Positions 41,277 to 55,400 of a stretch of 64,000 nt of DNA are shown here, in pieces. The notes under the pieces were generated by a model. The model was not told the DNA's origin. It saw only the letters and a program-made list of their open reading frames with translations, and ran no database searches. Source of the DNA: Octopus vulgaris (Eukaryota); the NCBI GenBank assembly GCA_951406725.2, contig OX597830.1, positions 51,336,001 through 51,400,000 of the forward strand, given 5' to 3'. The translations under genes and the position numbers were made by a program. The stretch's first letter is position 1. The number at the start of each line of letters is the position of its first letter.

Positions 41277-41536
41277 ATATATAAAAAAGGAAATGAAGAA
41301 AATGCTGACAAAATAATTTAAGTAATTAAAGTAATTTAATTAGGTGAAAGTTCTTTTTACCGGTTGCGCATTTGTTATGCTTATCAAAAGCTTTTTCCTC
41401 TTATCAGATAAGAGGAAAAAACTTTTGATAAGCATAACAAATGTGCAACCGGTAAAAAGAACTTTCACCTAATTAAATTACTTTAATTACTTATATTATT
41501 TTGTCACCGTTTTCTTCATTTCCTTTTATATATATT
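41277..41536. repeat. Near-perfect ~260-bp palindrome with 1-nt spacer
   Basis: Centre cctcttatc-A(41406)-gataagagg; arms ~125 bp with few mismatches. Confidence 0.9.
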
Positions 41537-41775
41537 AGTATGTGACCTCGTGAAGACTACCTGCAATTTTTTTTCCTCTGTCCTCCCGTCTCGGGATCTT
41601 TCTTTCTCCTATGTTTCCGACGAAGAGCTCCGCTCGAAACGTCATACTTCCATTTTCCTGAGAGCCTAATAATAATAATACTGTAATTGTTCCACGTGTT
41701 GTTTTTTCTGTTTTCCCGTTTGGATTAACCTTATATATATATGTATGTATGTGTGTGTGTATGTGTGTGTGTCTG

Positions 41776-41820
<45 letters not shown>

Positions 41821-41846
41821 ACATGTGTATATATATATGTATACAA

Positions 41847-41907
<61 letters not shown>

Positions 41908-42451
41908 TACATACACATACAAAAGTATATACACACATACATATCCATGCAGATATATATGCACGTACACGTTTATGATTCAGTCTTGAAGATAATACTA
42001 AATAATATTAATACTCTGCATATTTGTGGGTTTTAATTTAATTATTTAATTTTATTACTAAAGATGAGCTAGTCTAGGTGTATTTGTTTAATGTATACCA
42101 ATAGACAGGTTATTAATGTCATTGCTTAAATCATGATTGTGTCTATTTTGTTATTATTATTATTATTATCATTATGAGTGCGGGAAAATATAGCATTTGT
42201 ATAACATAATGGCGGGGTGATGGTCTTTATATCTGTTCGTACTCTTGCTACAACCCATTCAAATATAAGTAGAGAAATAAATTAGATTAAATAAGTTATA
42301 AGTATGCCTATATACATATATATATATAAATATATATATACAAGAATCTAGAATATATCTACTGATCTCCAAGCGTTCTATTACTAATTCTAATCAGATG
42401 TATATTAACACCATAATTTATGTGTGTATAACATTTTATATTATATGGACA

Positions 42452-42790
42452 GTGAAGGCGCATGACTCAGTGGTTAGAGCGTCGAGCTTACGATCGTGAG
42501 GTTGTGAGTACGAATCCCGGACCGGGCTACGTGTTGTGTTCTTGAGCAAGACACTTTATTTCACGTTGCTCCAGTTCACTCAGTTGTAGAAATGAGTTGC
42601 GACATCACAGGTCCCAAGCTGTATCGGCCCTTGCCTTTCTCTTGGATAACACTATTGGCGTGGAGAGGGGAGGCTGGTATGCATGCGCGGCTGTTGGTCT
42701 TCCATAAACAACCTTGCCCGAACTTGTGCCTGGGAGGGTAACTTTCTAGGTGCAATCCCATGGTCAGTCATGACCGAAGGGGGTCTCAGC
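42452..42790 (+). mobile_element. Family-D SINE, intact
   Basis: tRNA-like head GTGAAGGCGCATGACTCAGTGGTTAGAGCG..GAGTACGAATCCC; TSD attatatggaca at 42440 and 42806. Confidence 0.9.
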
Positions 42791-43251
42791 ATAAACTGAA
42801 TTTCAATTATATGGACAACCATACTTGCCTTTACCTATATATAAAAAAAGACTCCTCGCATATGCATGCACACGCATAATTATATGTATATGTTCATGTC
42901 CATTTACATGACAACATAAGTATATCCAAAGATCCACAAATACTCCAATTAGAGTACTAATCAGATATGTATTTCTATACCTATATTAACGCGTTAACTC
43001 CAGTATATATATATACAGTCAACCCAGTTCGAATCCACATCCTGGACTTTATATATCCATATAACTGTATAGTCATTTTTTATTATATGTATGAAGATAT
43101 CTATAACGAATCTATTGAATCCTAACCATTTTCTCATATATACCCGTACAAGTATCAGCATATACTTATATACACATATGTATGTCCTAACTTATGACTA
43201 TAACAGCATACTCGGATTACTATATATTACCTAATATACATATACTCATGT

Positions 43252-43313
<62 letters not shown>

Positions 43314-43397
43314 TCATACACACATAATAATATTCCCTCCATATCTCTCTATCTATTTATCTATCTACGTATCGTTCGTCGGACAGTTTTGGTAGAG

Positions 43398-43441
43398 AAA
43401 CTGTCCGACGAACGGGAACGTGAAACTCTGAGTAACAGTTT
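43398..43441 (+). ncRNA. Compact type I hammerhead ribozyme (U4C core variant)
   Basis: aaactgt CCGACGA ACG-GGAA-CGT GAAAC TCTGA GTA acagttt: 7-bp stem I, GNRA-capped stem II, GUA triplet. Confidence 0.7.
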
Positions 43442-43667
43442 TTGGTGATGTCTTTATAGGTTTATTAATGAAGCATATTACTCTACTATAACCATTTCTA
43501 TGGTTGCCATATAACACACACGCATGTGTTTGTGTATGTATGTATGTTTGTATATATGTATGCATATGTCTATATTATATGTATACATGTATGCATGCAT
43601 GTACGTATGTTTGTATGCATGTATGTTCGTATGCATTTCTATATGTTTATATACACGCAGAGAGTGA

Positions 43668-43698
<31 letters not shown>

Positions 43699-43851
43699 AA
43701 GAGAGAAAGTGATGCAAATAAGGACTCTTAGTCTTGATATATAAACTACATAAGTATATAAATGTATATAGGGAAAAATCTTCGGAGTGTAAGCTCTGTG
43801 AGGTCTACTCCTTGTTTTTTTTATAATGAGCATCTCTGGACTTCACTTGTT

Positions 43852-43889
<38 letters not shown>

Positions 43890-43955
43890 GAGATAGATAG
43901 CTAGCTAGATAGATAGATATGTATGTATATATTTTACTTCTATTTTTCTTTTCTT

Positions 43956-44297
43956 TTAGTTGTTTCAGTCATTTGACTGTGGCCATGCTGGAGCACCGCC
44001 TTTAGTCGAGCAAATCGACACCAGGACTTATTCCTTGTAAGCCTAGTACTTATTCTATCGGTCTCTTTTGCAGAACCGCTATGTTACGTAAACACACCAG
44101 CATCGGTTGTGAAGCTATGTTGGGGGAGGGGGGCAAACACACACACATGTACACACATATATATATATACATATATACGACGGGCGTCTTTTCAGTTTCC
44201 GTCTACCAAATCCACTCACAAGGCTTTGGTCGGCCCGAGGCTATAGTAGAAGACACTTGCCCAAGGTGCCACGCCATGGGACTGAACCCGGAACCAT
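43956..44297 (-). mobile_element. Family-A SINE, nearly full length (another fragment at 44430-44550)
   Basis: gtttcagtcatttgactgtggccatgctggagcaccgcc...cagtttccgtctaccaaatccactcacaaggctttggtcggcccgagg..gacacttgcccaaggtgccacg. Confidence 0.9.
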
Positions 44298-44686
44298 ATA
44301 TATATATATATATGCACACACATACTTATATACACATACACATACATACATATATATGTATGTGTGTGTATGTGTGTGTGCGTGCGTGTGTGTGCGTGTG
44401 TGTGTGTGTTGTTGTTGTTGTGTATATAAGACGGGTTTCCACACAATTTCCGTCTCTAAAATTAACTCACATGGCATTGGTCGGCCTGGGACTATACTAG
44501 AGGAGATTTGCTCAAAAGGCTACGCGGTAGGACTGAACCTGAAACCAACCCATATATACATCATACATATTAGTTTTATTAAATGCTTGCATTTCTGAAT
44601 TAGTTGTTTATTCTCATTTAATATCTACTCCATCTTCGGAAATAATTTTCTAACTTTATAATTTTTTTGATTTCTTGCAGATAATT

Positions 44687-44744
44687 ATGATTCTACGTTA
44701 TTTTTGTAAAACAAGTTTCTTGTTAATTTGTATACTCCTCAATC
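44687..44744 (+). CDS. First coding exon (signal peptide) of giant mucin-like gene
   Basis: Acceptor tttttttgatttcttgcag| ends at 44680 and ATG is at 44687. Reads MILRYFCKTSFLLICILLN+C, then donor |gtaagt at 44745. Phase-1 join to the acceptor at 46444 gives MILRYFCKTSFLLICILLNLLLIPKLYA-ENNQD, a typical signal peptide in frame with the 2689-aa ORF. Confidence 0.8.
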
Positions 44745-45884
44745 GTAAGTCACTCTTTACTACTTCTTGCCTCTGTTCACATAAATGTATTAACACCATT
44801 CTGCATTTTGAGTTATTATGAGTAAAGTAAAGTAAAACCAACCAATTGGTTGAGTGGTTGAGTGTCAGAATCTGGTCAGTGTTTATATGTAGTTCCCTGT
44901 CTACGTTATTTATGAGTTCAGATAGAGGAACACTTTGGTTTAAGTAGGTACCATACAGTTTTAAAATTTATCACTACAACATAGAAGTCGATTGACAATT
45001 GCATAATTGATAAGCATCTCTTTGGCTTTCTGTGTGTAAACGTTCTTCACATAGAGAGATTTATATCTAATTAAAATAAACAGCATAATAACCAGGGGAT
45101 CAGTCATATGCATCTGTGTATTATAATTATATTGATATCATAAAAGTACGTCATGTTACTTGAGCGCTCCTTTTGCCGTTATATAGAATATGAATATTGT
45201 ATACACACCTGCATAAACGCACGCATACAAATGTACACAGATGTTTGTGTTTGTGCCTGTGTGCGTGTGCATGTGTGTGCGTGTGCATGTGTGTGTGCAT
45301 GTGCGTGTGTGTGAGTGTGTTTAAGCATATATTGAGAAAAAAAGCTAGAGAGGAGATGAACAGAAATTAGGCACAAACATTGGAAACATACAGACGAAAT
45401 AATCGAAAGATACCTCTCACCAACTGTCTATTTAGGGATCTTAGAGGTTTCGTTGCATTAGATAGCTCTACTTATTTTAGTGGAATCAACAACTATCGGA
45501 CATAGTTGTCAGAAATTAATGCAATGAAAACGAAACGCAGAGGGTACCAAAAATATATAGTTAAATCTTAGTGATTGGGTCAGAGACAAGATATAAAAAA
45601 AGAGAGACAAACAATATATAACAAAATAAAACGATAATAGCGCACATGAGTAACGCCAGAAAGGAAGAGACTCTTAAGATAAGGTGTAAGAACAGCAGTT
45701 CTGAGTGCAAGATCCTTGGTTAACCTCGTTTTTTTTTCTTAAAGGTCTTTGAATTGAATTATCACTCATATCAATAGTAATTCCTTTCACTGCTCTCTTC
45801 TTTCCTAAAACTTATCATTGTTATTATTGCATTAACATTGTACTTATTTTTGTATTTGTTATTTTATTATTGTAACGACTGTGT

Positions 45885-46110
45885 ATTGGTAGAATCGCCG
45901 GATCGCCGAACAAATGTATTAGGGTTTTGGCAGAATTTGTAAAGTGTCACATTGGCACAGTCGATAAAGTAGTGAACAAATTTTTTTTTTGTCTCTTCTA
46001 CGTTGTCAGTTCGTATCCAGCAGCAAACAATTGTACTTTGCTGGATAAAAGTACCAATGGTAAACTTGTGAAGGTTTTATTGACTATCCTCTCCTACCTG
46101 GAAAGTCCAG
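45885..46110 (+). mobile_element. Highly degraded family-B SINE in the mucin intron
   Basis: ttggcagaatttgtaaag..tctacgttgtcagttcgtatcc..ggataaaagtaccaa. Confidence 0.45.
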
Positions 46111-46444
46111 CCGTCTACCTAAGCTATTTTAGTAGTATCATGGCATATACATACACACATGTGTGTGTGTGTTATTGTTATTTAATGTGTCTTATTTGAT
46201 ATTATTTCATATAATGTTTGTATGTTTTCTTATAACTCTAACTTCATGTAATTCCCTTTCGTGTTTGTTATATTTGTGCACAATCATAATTTGAAAATCA
46301 AATTAAATATTTACTTTCTTATTATAGTTTGTGATGTTAATATTTTTAAATACACACTAAATAAAATTCAAATCTAGAAAATTAATATAATAAATAGAAA
46401 ATAAAATATATGTTTTGGTTTTTAACATTTTTTATTTAATATAG

Positions 46445-49400
46445 TTTTATTGATACCAAAATTATATGCGGAAAACAATCAAGACACTTTAGAAGTTTCG
46501 AAAATGTATTTATATATGAATATCACTGGAATGGCGAGCTTGAAAACGGAGCGTGTTCCAGTAGAGCAGAGACAACAGAAAAGATTCTACTCAAAGCGAT
46601 TAATTTCCAAACTTAAGCATGATAGGAATTTAGAAGTGATATCTTCTACAAGAAATAAGTTCTGGAATAATGCAATTGTTTCTTTAAGTCACGAAAAATC
46701 GTCGCTTGAGCGCAAGGAAAGTATGGGCAACAGAGAGATTCCGTCCAAGAAAGACCGTTCTGAGAAGATTGATATTTTTCAGACGAGAAAGTTATTAACG
46801 AGCGAGAACTTCAATAATCCCAGTGATAGAAAAAAGAAATTTAGTAGTGAACACCCCGGTGCCTATATTACCAATTATTTATCTGCAAGTGATGCATCTA
46901 AAGCGAAGACAATCGATAAAGCAGAATCAATTTTCCAGGAGGACACCATGAATGATTTATTTAATATAAGTTATATGGAAGATGGTTCTGGAATTTTTGG
47001 CGGTAAAGGTGACGGAGATACTTTGATTTCTCAGAGCCCCAATATGGTTACTCCTTCCACTGATGAACCAACGATTTTATCTTCCGTAAACCCAGTAACC
47101 TCCTCTGCTACACATCGACTATCATCTTTTAATTCATCAGCATCAACAACACCATCGTCGTCAGCATCATCACCATCACCAACATCGCCGTCACCAACAA
47201 CGTCAGCTGCAGTTGCATCACCATCACCGTTATCATTATCATCGTCTTCGTCGCTTTCTACAAACGAGGAACTTATTTCAAATGTCTCATCGCTGCCCGG
47301 CGACCAATTGTCTGGAACAAGTCAGGGAGCCACCACACCATCCACACACAACAAACTGCCTAATATGACGGCTGGCCGCATTAGGGATCAGATCACTGAC
47401 TCACACAATATATCAACATCAACAACATCGTCACCGAAGGCGACGACAAACACCACCACCACAACAACAGTAACAGCAACAGCACCAAGCGGAAGAGAAA
47501 CTAAAGAATCCTTTGCAACAACCAATGATCTCATTTTAAATTCGGTAGCGCCTACCACATCGAATTATTTTAACACAACTTCTACACATGTAAATATGTC
47601 GCAGCATTTATCATCAAAGCCAGAAACATCAACCGAGAGCACTGAGAGTAAACTCAAGCAAACTTTACCTCAGCCTAGCTCTAGCACATCCCATGTGATG
47701 CCAAAGGAAAACACCACTAGAGAAATAGTTGGGTCAACATCTTCGGCCATTTTTACAAAACATATTGAAATGTCGTCCACTAAAAATAACAGTATTTTCG
47801 TAGAGCCAGCCAGTATTTCTCCATCAGAAGTTACTCCGAGTATAGACAATACCAAGCCGTTTCGTAAAGACATAACCAATACTGCCGAAGACAAAACTGT
47901 ACAAAAAACTTCTTTCGCACCGACAAAACAAACGGCTACACGTTCAACCGACAGCACCTCTGTATATAGCCCGAAACGAAGATCATCCTTATGGCGGGGT
48001 GATACACCACGTGTTACTAATGTGATAGAATCCACAACAAGAACAGACAATGTTCAAACGACGGAGTCAAGTCCTACAGAAGAGACGATATTTATTCCGG
48101 TGAATACATTAGCATCAAAAACTGAAAAAAATAACGAACATTCTCAACAAATAAGCTCAGTAGAGACATCAACAATAGCAACATCACCAATAAGTAGTTT
48201 ATTTTTAACAAAAGTGTCTAGTCCAGTCCAGGTTGATACTACTAGTTCTAGACCGACGACAACCATTACTAGAGGATTTAGGACGACAAAACGCAATCAC
48301 ACACTGACAACAGCATCCAATCATATTACATCCAGTTACACACCAATAACATCTAGTCACACACTAGCAAAACCCAGTCACATACCAACAACATCTAGTC
48401 ACATGCCAACAAAATCCCACACTAGTACGAATTCAACCGCAACAAATCACACAACAGTAACTACGCCCGATCACGCACCAACAGCATCGTCCAGTTACAC
48501 ATCAGAAAACATACCAACTCACACACCAACAGAAAAACATAGTCGCAAACCAACAACTTATAGTCATACTCCAGCAATAACACACAGACACACAATAACA
48601 ACAGTTACAACACAACCCGATATAGCAATACCTACAACGCAATCTGACGTAACAACTACAACACGACATGACACAACAAGTAGACCAAGCACTGACATAA
48701 CAACATCCACAATACAAGATGACATAACAGCGACTACACAACTTAATACAACAACTGATACAACAAAACTTCACACAACAGGAGCGACAGCACAATCTGA
48801 CTTAACAACAGCTGCAACACATCATCACGTAACAGCTACACCACAACCTGACTCAGCAACAGCTACATCACAAACTGACATTACAGCGGATACAACACAG
48901 TCTGTTACAACAGCTACAGCAGCGACAACACAATTTCACATAACAACTACAACACAATCTTACACAACAAGAGCAACAACACAACCTAACATAACAATAG
49001 CTACGAAACAGCCTCATACAACAACTATAACACAACCTGAAATCACAACAGATACAACACAACATCACACAACAACAGCTACAACACAACCTGACATAAC
49101 AATAGCTACGAAACAGCCTCATACAACAACTATAACACAACCTGAAATCACAACAGATACAACACAACATCACACAATAACAGCTACAATACAACCTGAC
49201 ATAACAATAGCTACGAAACAGCCTCATACAACAACTACAACACAACCTGAAATCACAACAGTTACAACACAACATCACACAACAACAGCTACAACACAAC
49301 CTGACATAACAATAACTACGAAACAGCCTCATACAACAACTACAACACAACCTGAAATAACAACAGACACAACACAACATCACACAACAACAGCTACAAT

Positions 49401-52400
49401 ACAACCTGACATAACAATAGCTACGACACAACCTCACGAAATAACTACAACAACTAAAACGCAAATAGACATAACAACAGCTACAGCACAGCAAGAAACA
49501 ACAATAGATGAAACACAGCTTGATGTAACAACAGCTACAATACAACATGATACAATAACAGGAACAACAAAATTAGACGTAGCAACATCTTCAACAGAAC
49601 ATGATAAGGAAATTACTACAGCAAACTCGGATGTAACATCGGCTACAACACAACATGTGAAAACAAAAGCTACAACACAACCTTTCTCAACAATAGGTAC
49701 AATAAAATCTGACATAACAATAGATAAGACTCGAAGTGAAACAACGTTAGGTTTAACACAAATCGACATAACAACAGATCCTACGCAATCTGAAGCAACA
49801 ATAGCTACAACACAACCTGATATGACAACTGCTCAAAAACAATCTCGCTTAACAACTACAATGCAACATGACACAACAGCGGTTACAACTCAGCTAGCAT
49901 CAACAACAGCAACGACAGTACCAACAACAGCAACCACAGTACCAACAACAGCAACCACAGTACCAACAACAACAACCACAGTACCAACAACAGCAACCAC
50001 AGTACCAACAACAGCAACCACAGTACCAACAACAGCAACCACAGTACCAACAACAGCAACCACAGTACCAACAACAGCAACCACAGTACCAACAACAGCA
50101 ACCACAGTACCAACCACAGTACCAACAACAGCAACCACAGTACCAACAACAGCAACCACAGTACCAACAACAGCAACCACAGTACCAACCACAGTACCAA
50201 CCACAGTACCAACAACAGCAACCACAGTACCAACAACAGCAACCACAGTACCAACCACAGTACCAACAACAGCAACCACAGTACCAACAACAGCAACCAC
50301 AGTACCAACAACAGCAACCGCAACTCCAATAACCGCATCAAGAAAAAACACAGCAGGGAAAGGAAGGACCGTAACAGTACCAGGAACAACACAACTAACA
50401 AAAAGAAAGAACAAAACAGAACCAACAACAACACTCAAAACAGAGCCATCAATGGCAACTGAACAAATTACGACACTCACAAAAGAAACATCAAGAACAA
50501 CATCAAGCATAACAGAACCACAAATAACAGAACCAACAGAAACAAACAAAACTGAAACAAAAGAACCAAAAACGACATTACCAGCAACAAGAGTAGCAAC
50601 AACACCAGAACCAACTAGTACACCAACAGCAAAAACAACCACAAAAGAAGCAAAGACAATAAACACAAGACAAACAACAACAACCATAACTGAACAACCA
50701 ACCAAAACAGAACCAAGGTTAACCGCAGTAGAATTAACCACAACAGAAACAACAAGTACAACTGAACCAACAACTACAAAAGAAACAAGAACAAACACAA
50801 AAGCAACAAGAAGAGCCACAACAAAACCAGCAACCAAAACTGAAACAACACCCACAACAAAGCCATCTTCAACAGGAAAACCAACAGTCATAACAAAACC
50901 AACAACCACAGGAAAATCAACAGCCACAACAGAACCAACAACCATAACAGAGTCAACTACAACAACTGAACCAACAATCACAACAGAACCAACAACCACA
51001 CAAAAACCAAAAACCATAACAGAGTCAACATCTACAACGGAGCAAACAACCACAACAGATTCAACAACCACAAGACAACCAACAACCACAACAGAGCCAA
51101 TAATCACAACTGAACCAATAACTACAAAAGAACCAATAACCACAACAGAACCAACTACCACAGGACAACCAGCAACTACAAAAGAGCCAACAACAGCAAC
51201 AATGCCAGATACCATAGGAAAAACAATAACCACGTCAGAACTAACAACTACTATAAAACCAACAACCACAATGGAACCAACAACAACAACAACAACAACA
51301 ACAGAACCAAAGACCACAATGGAACCAACAACCACAACAAGACCAACAACTACAACTGAATCAACAACCACAACCGCAGTTGAACCAAGAACTAAAAATG
51401 AACCAGCAACCACACCAGAGCCAACTAACGCAGAAAAAGCAAGCACAACTAAACAAACAACCACAACAGCACCAAAATTTACAACAGAACCAACAACTAC
51501 AACAGAAACAACTACAACAGAACCAACAACTACAACAGAACCAATAACTACAACAGAAACAACAACTGCAACAAAACTAACAACCACAAGAGAAGCAATC
51601 ACTACAGCAAAGCAAACTACCACAGAAAAAGCAACCACTACAAAACCAATGACCACAACAGAGCATATAACCACAACAAAGCCATTTACCACACAAAAAC
51701 CACAAAGCACAACAAAATCAAAAGCCACAACCGAATCAACAACCACAACACAACCGACAACAACCGCCACTGAGCCAACTACCACAACAAGGCTAACAAC
51801 TAGAACAAAACCATCAACCACACCAAAACCGACAACCACACCAAAAACAACAACCACAACAAAACAAGGAACCACAACAAACCCAACAATCACTTCAGAG
51901 GTAACAACTACCACATCGGAGCCCACTACCACAGAAAAACCAACAATCGCACCAAATCCTACAACCACAATTAAATCAAGGACCACAACAGAACCAACAA
52001 CGGCAACAAAATCAACAACCACAAGAAAACTTACAGCCACAATAAATCCAACGACAACAGAATCAACACCCATAAGACAGCACACTACCACAGGAAAACC
52101 AACAACCGCAACAAAAACTACAAGCACAACCGAACCGACATCTACAAGAGAGCCGACTACGACAACAGAACCAATACCAACAACAGAGTCAAATGCCTCA
52201 ACTGAACCAACAACCACAACAGAATCAACAACCACAATAGGACCAACAACAAAACCGATAACCACAAAAGAAATAACAACCACAACAGAGCCAAAGACTA
52301 CAACAGAGCCAACTACCATAGGAAAACCAACGACCACAACAAGACCAACAACCACTACAAATTCAACAACCACCACAATAGCAACAACCATAACAAAACG

Positions 52401-55400
52401 AACAACCACATCAGAATCAATAACCACACCAGAACCAACAATCACAACAGGTTCAACAACCACATCAGAGATAAATACCACAGATAAGACAACAACCACA
52501 ACAAAATTAACAACCACAGCAAAACCAATAACCACAACAAAAGCTATGGCCACGACAACACAAACAACCACAACAAAACCAACAACTACATCAGAACCAA
52601 CAACCACAACAAAGCCAACAACTACAACAGAACCAACCACCACACCGGAACCCACAACTCCAACAATACCAACAACCACAATAATGCCAACAGCCACAAA
52701 ATTGCCTGCAACCACAACACAGCCAACAACTACATCAGAACCAACAACCACAAGGCAATCAACAACCACAAGGCCGACAACCACAACGGAAACAACACCA
52801 GAACCAAAATCCAAAACAGAACCAACAACCACAGCAGAACGAACAACAACAAAAGAACCAATGATCACAACAGAACCCACAACCAAAATAGTGCCAACTA
52901 CCACAACAAAAGCAACAACCACAATAAAGCCAACAACCACAATAAAGCCAACAACCACAGAAAAACAAAATGTAACAGCAAAACTAACAACTACAACTGT
53001 ACCAACAACTACAACAGAACAAACAACCACAGCAAAGTCATCTACCACAACAGAGCCAACAATCACAGCAAAACCAACAACCACGATAGAACTAACAACT
53101 ACAACGGAACCAACAACCACAACACAACCAACAACCATAACAGAACCAACAACCAAAGAAAAGCGAACAACATCAACAAAGACTGCTACCACAACCACAC
53201 CAATAGCCACAACAGAACCAACAACCACCACAGAGGTAAATATCACAAAAAGATCAATAACAACAACAGAGCCAACTACAAGTGAGCCAACAACCACAAC
53301 AAGATTAACTATCACAACAGGACCTATAACCATACCAAAGCCAACTACCACAGGAAAAACAACAACCACAACAACACCAACAACCACAAACAAAGCAACA
53401 ACAAAAGAACTAAAAACCACAACAAAGACATTTACAGCGGGAAAACCAACAACCACAACAAAACCTTTAGTCACTGTAGAACCAACAAGCTCAACAGAAC
53501 CACCAACCTCAACAGAACCAACAACCAAAACAGAACCAACAACCAAAGAAAAACGAACAACCTCAACAAAACCAGCTACTACAAGAAAACCAACAACCAC
53601 AACAGAGCCAACAACCACAACAAAACCAACAACCACAACAGGACCAAGAACCACAACAAAGCCAACAACCACAGCAAAACCAGCAACCAATCGAAGACCT
53701 ACAACCACAACAGAGCCAACAGATATAAAACATACAGCAACCAAGACAGAACCAACAATCACAACAAAACCATTAACCACAACCGAAGCACCAACCACAA
53801 CAGTACTAACAACTACAACGAAACCGACAGTAACAACATCGGAACCAACAACGACCAAAACTGAACCAACAGCCACAGCAAAGCCAACAACTACAACAGA
53901 ACCAGCAACCACAAGAAAACCAACAGTAACCACAAAAGAATCAATAACCACAACAGAACTAACAACCACGAAAGAGCTAACAGAAACCAGAACAGAACCA
54001 ATAACAAACACAACAAAAGCAACAACAACTACAAAAGAACCAACAACAACCACAACCGAAGCAACGTCAGTTGCACCGAATCGGGCAACAGTTACACCAA
54101 AACCAAGTACAACTAGAACAGAACCAACAACAATCGCAACAGAATCAGCAACAACCACCACAACAATGAAAGCAACAACAACGACAACAGAACCAAAAAC
54201 AATCACAGCAGGACCAACAACAACCAAAATAAAACTAACACAAATTGCACTCGAACCGTCAACAACTTCGACAGAACAAACAGCAACCAGAAGAGAATCA
54301 ACAACAACCACAACAGAACCAACAACAGCCACATCAGAACCAAAACCAACCACAACAGTACAAAAAACAACCACAGCAGAACCAACTAAAACCACAACAG
54401 AGCCAACAACAACCACAACAGAACCAACAACAGTCACAGCAGAACCAAAACCAACCACAACAGTACAAAAAAACAACCACAGCAGAACCAACTACAACCG
54501 TAGCAAACCAACTAACTAAAACTAACACAAACTGCACTCGAACCGTCAGCAACTTCAACAGAAACAACAATCAGAAGAGAACCAATTCCGACCAAAGCGG
54601 AAACAAGAACAACAACCACGCACCCGACAGGAACAACAGGATCAACAACAATCGCAAAAAGAAAACCACCATTAACAACAACAACAACAGCAACAGCAAA
54701 ACCACCACTAACGACAACAACAAAACCAACAATGACCACAACAGAATCAATAACCATAACAGAACCTAAAACCACCGCAACGAAACCAATAACAGTCACG
54801 GTAGAACCAACAACATCATCAACAGAACAAACTACAACCACAACAGAACCAGCCGCCACCACCGTCACAATACCAATGACAACCACACCAAAAACAAAAT
54901 TATCCACAACAGAATTAGCAAGAACGGCAGAAAAATCACCGATTACAGCAGAATCAGCAACAATGACAACACAACAAATAAATACTAGACCAGTCCCAAC
55001 AAAAGCTGAACCTGAGCCGACAACAATCTTATCAAATCCAACAATAGCTATAACAGAACCAACAACAACCGCACCAAAATCAACGACAACAACCACAAGA
55101 CAAACAAGGTCAACCACAACAAAACCAGCAACAACCATACCAGTACCAAAAACATCTACAACAAATCCAACAAAAATCACACCAAAACCAACAACTACTA
55201 CACCGGAAGCAACAATAGCCACAACAGAACCAAAACCAAAACTAGCAACTACAACAGAATCAAAAACATCACAGGCAACAACTACCCTATCGAAGTCACA
55301 ACCATATACAATAGAGTCAACAACTACCACAGTGGAACGAACAAGAACCACAACAGCAGCAGCAACAACAACCGTAGAACCAACAACGTCAACAACGCAA

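Noticed and set aside
42452-42530. tRNA-like A/B boxes (also 19260-19333, 25860, 3198)
   Set aside because: These are SINE heads that continue into SINE bodies; no convincing cloverleaf.
54245-54769. Gln/Asn-rich prion-like ORF (also 59663-59863)
   Set aside because: Out-of-frame reading of EPTTT repeats around a frameshift.
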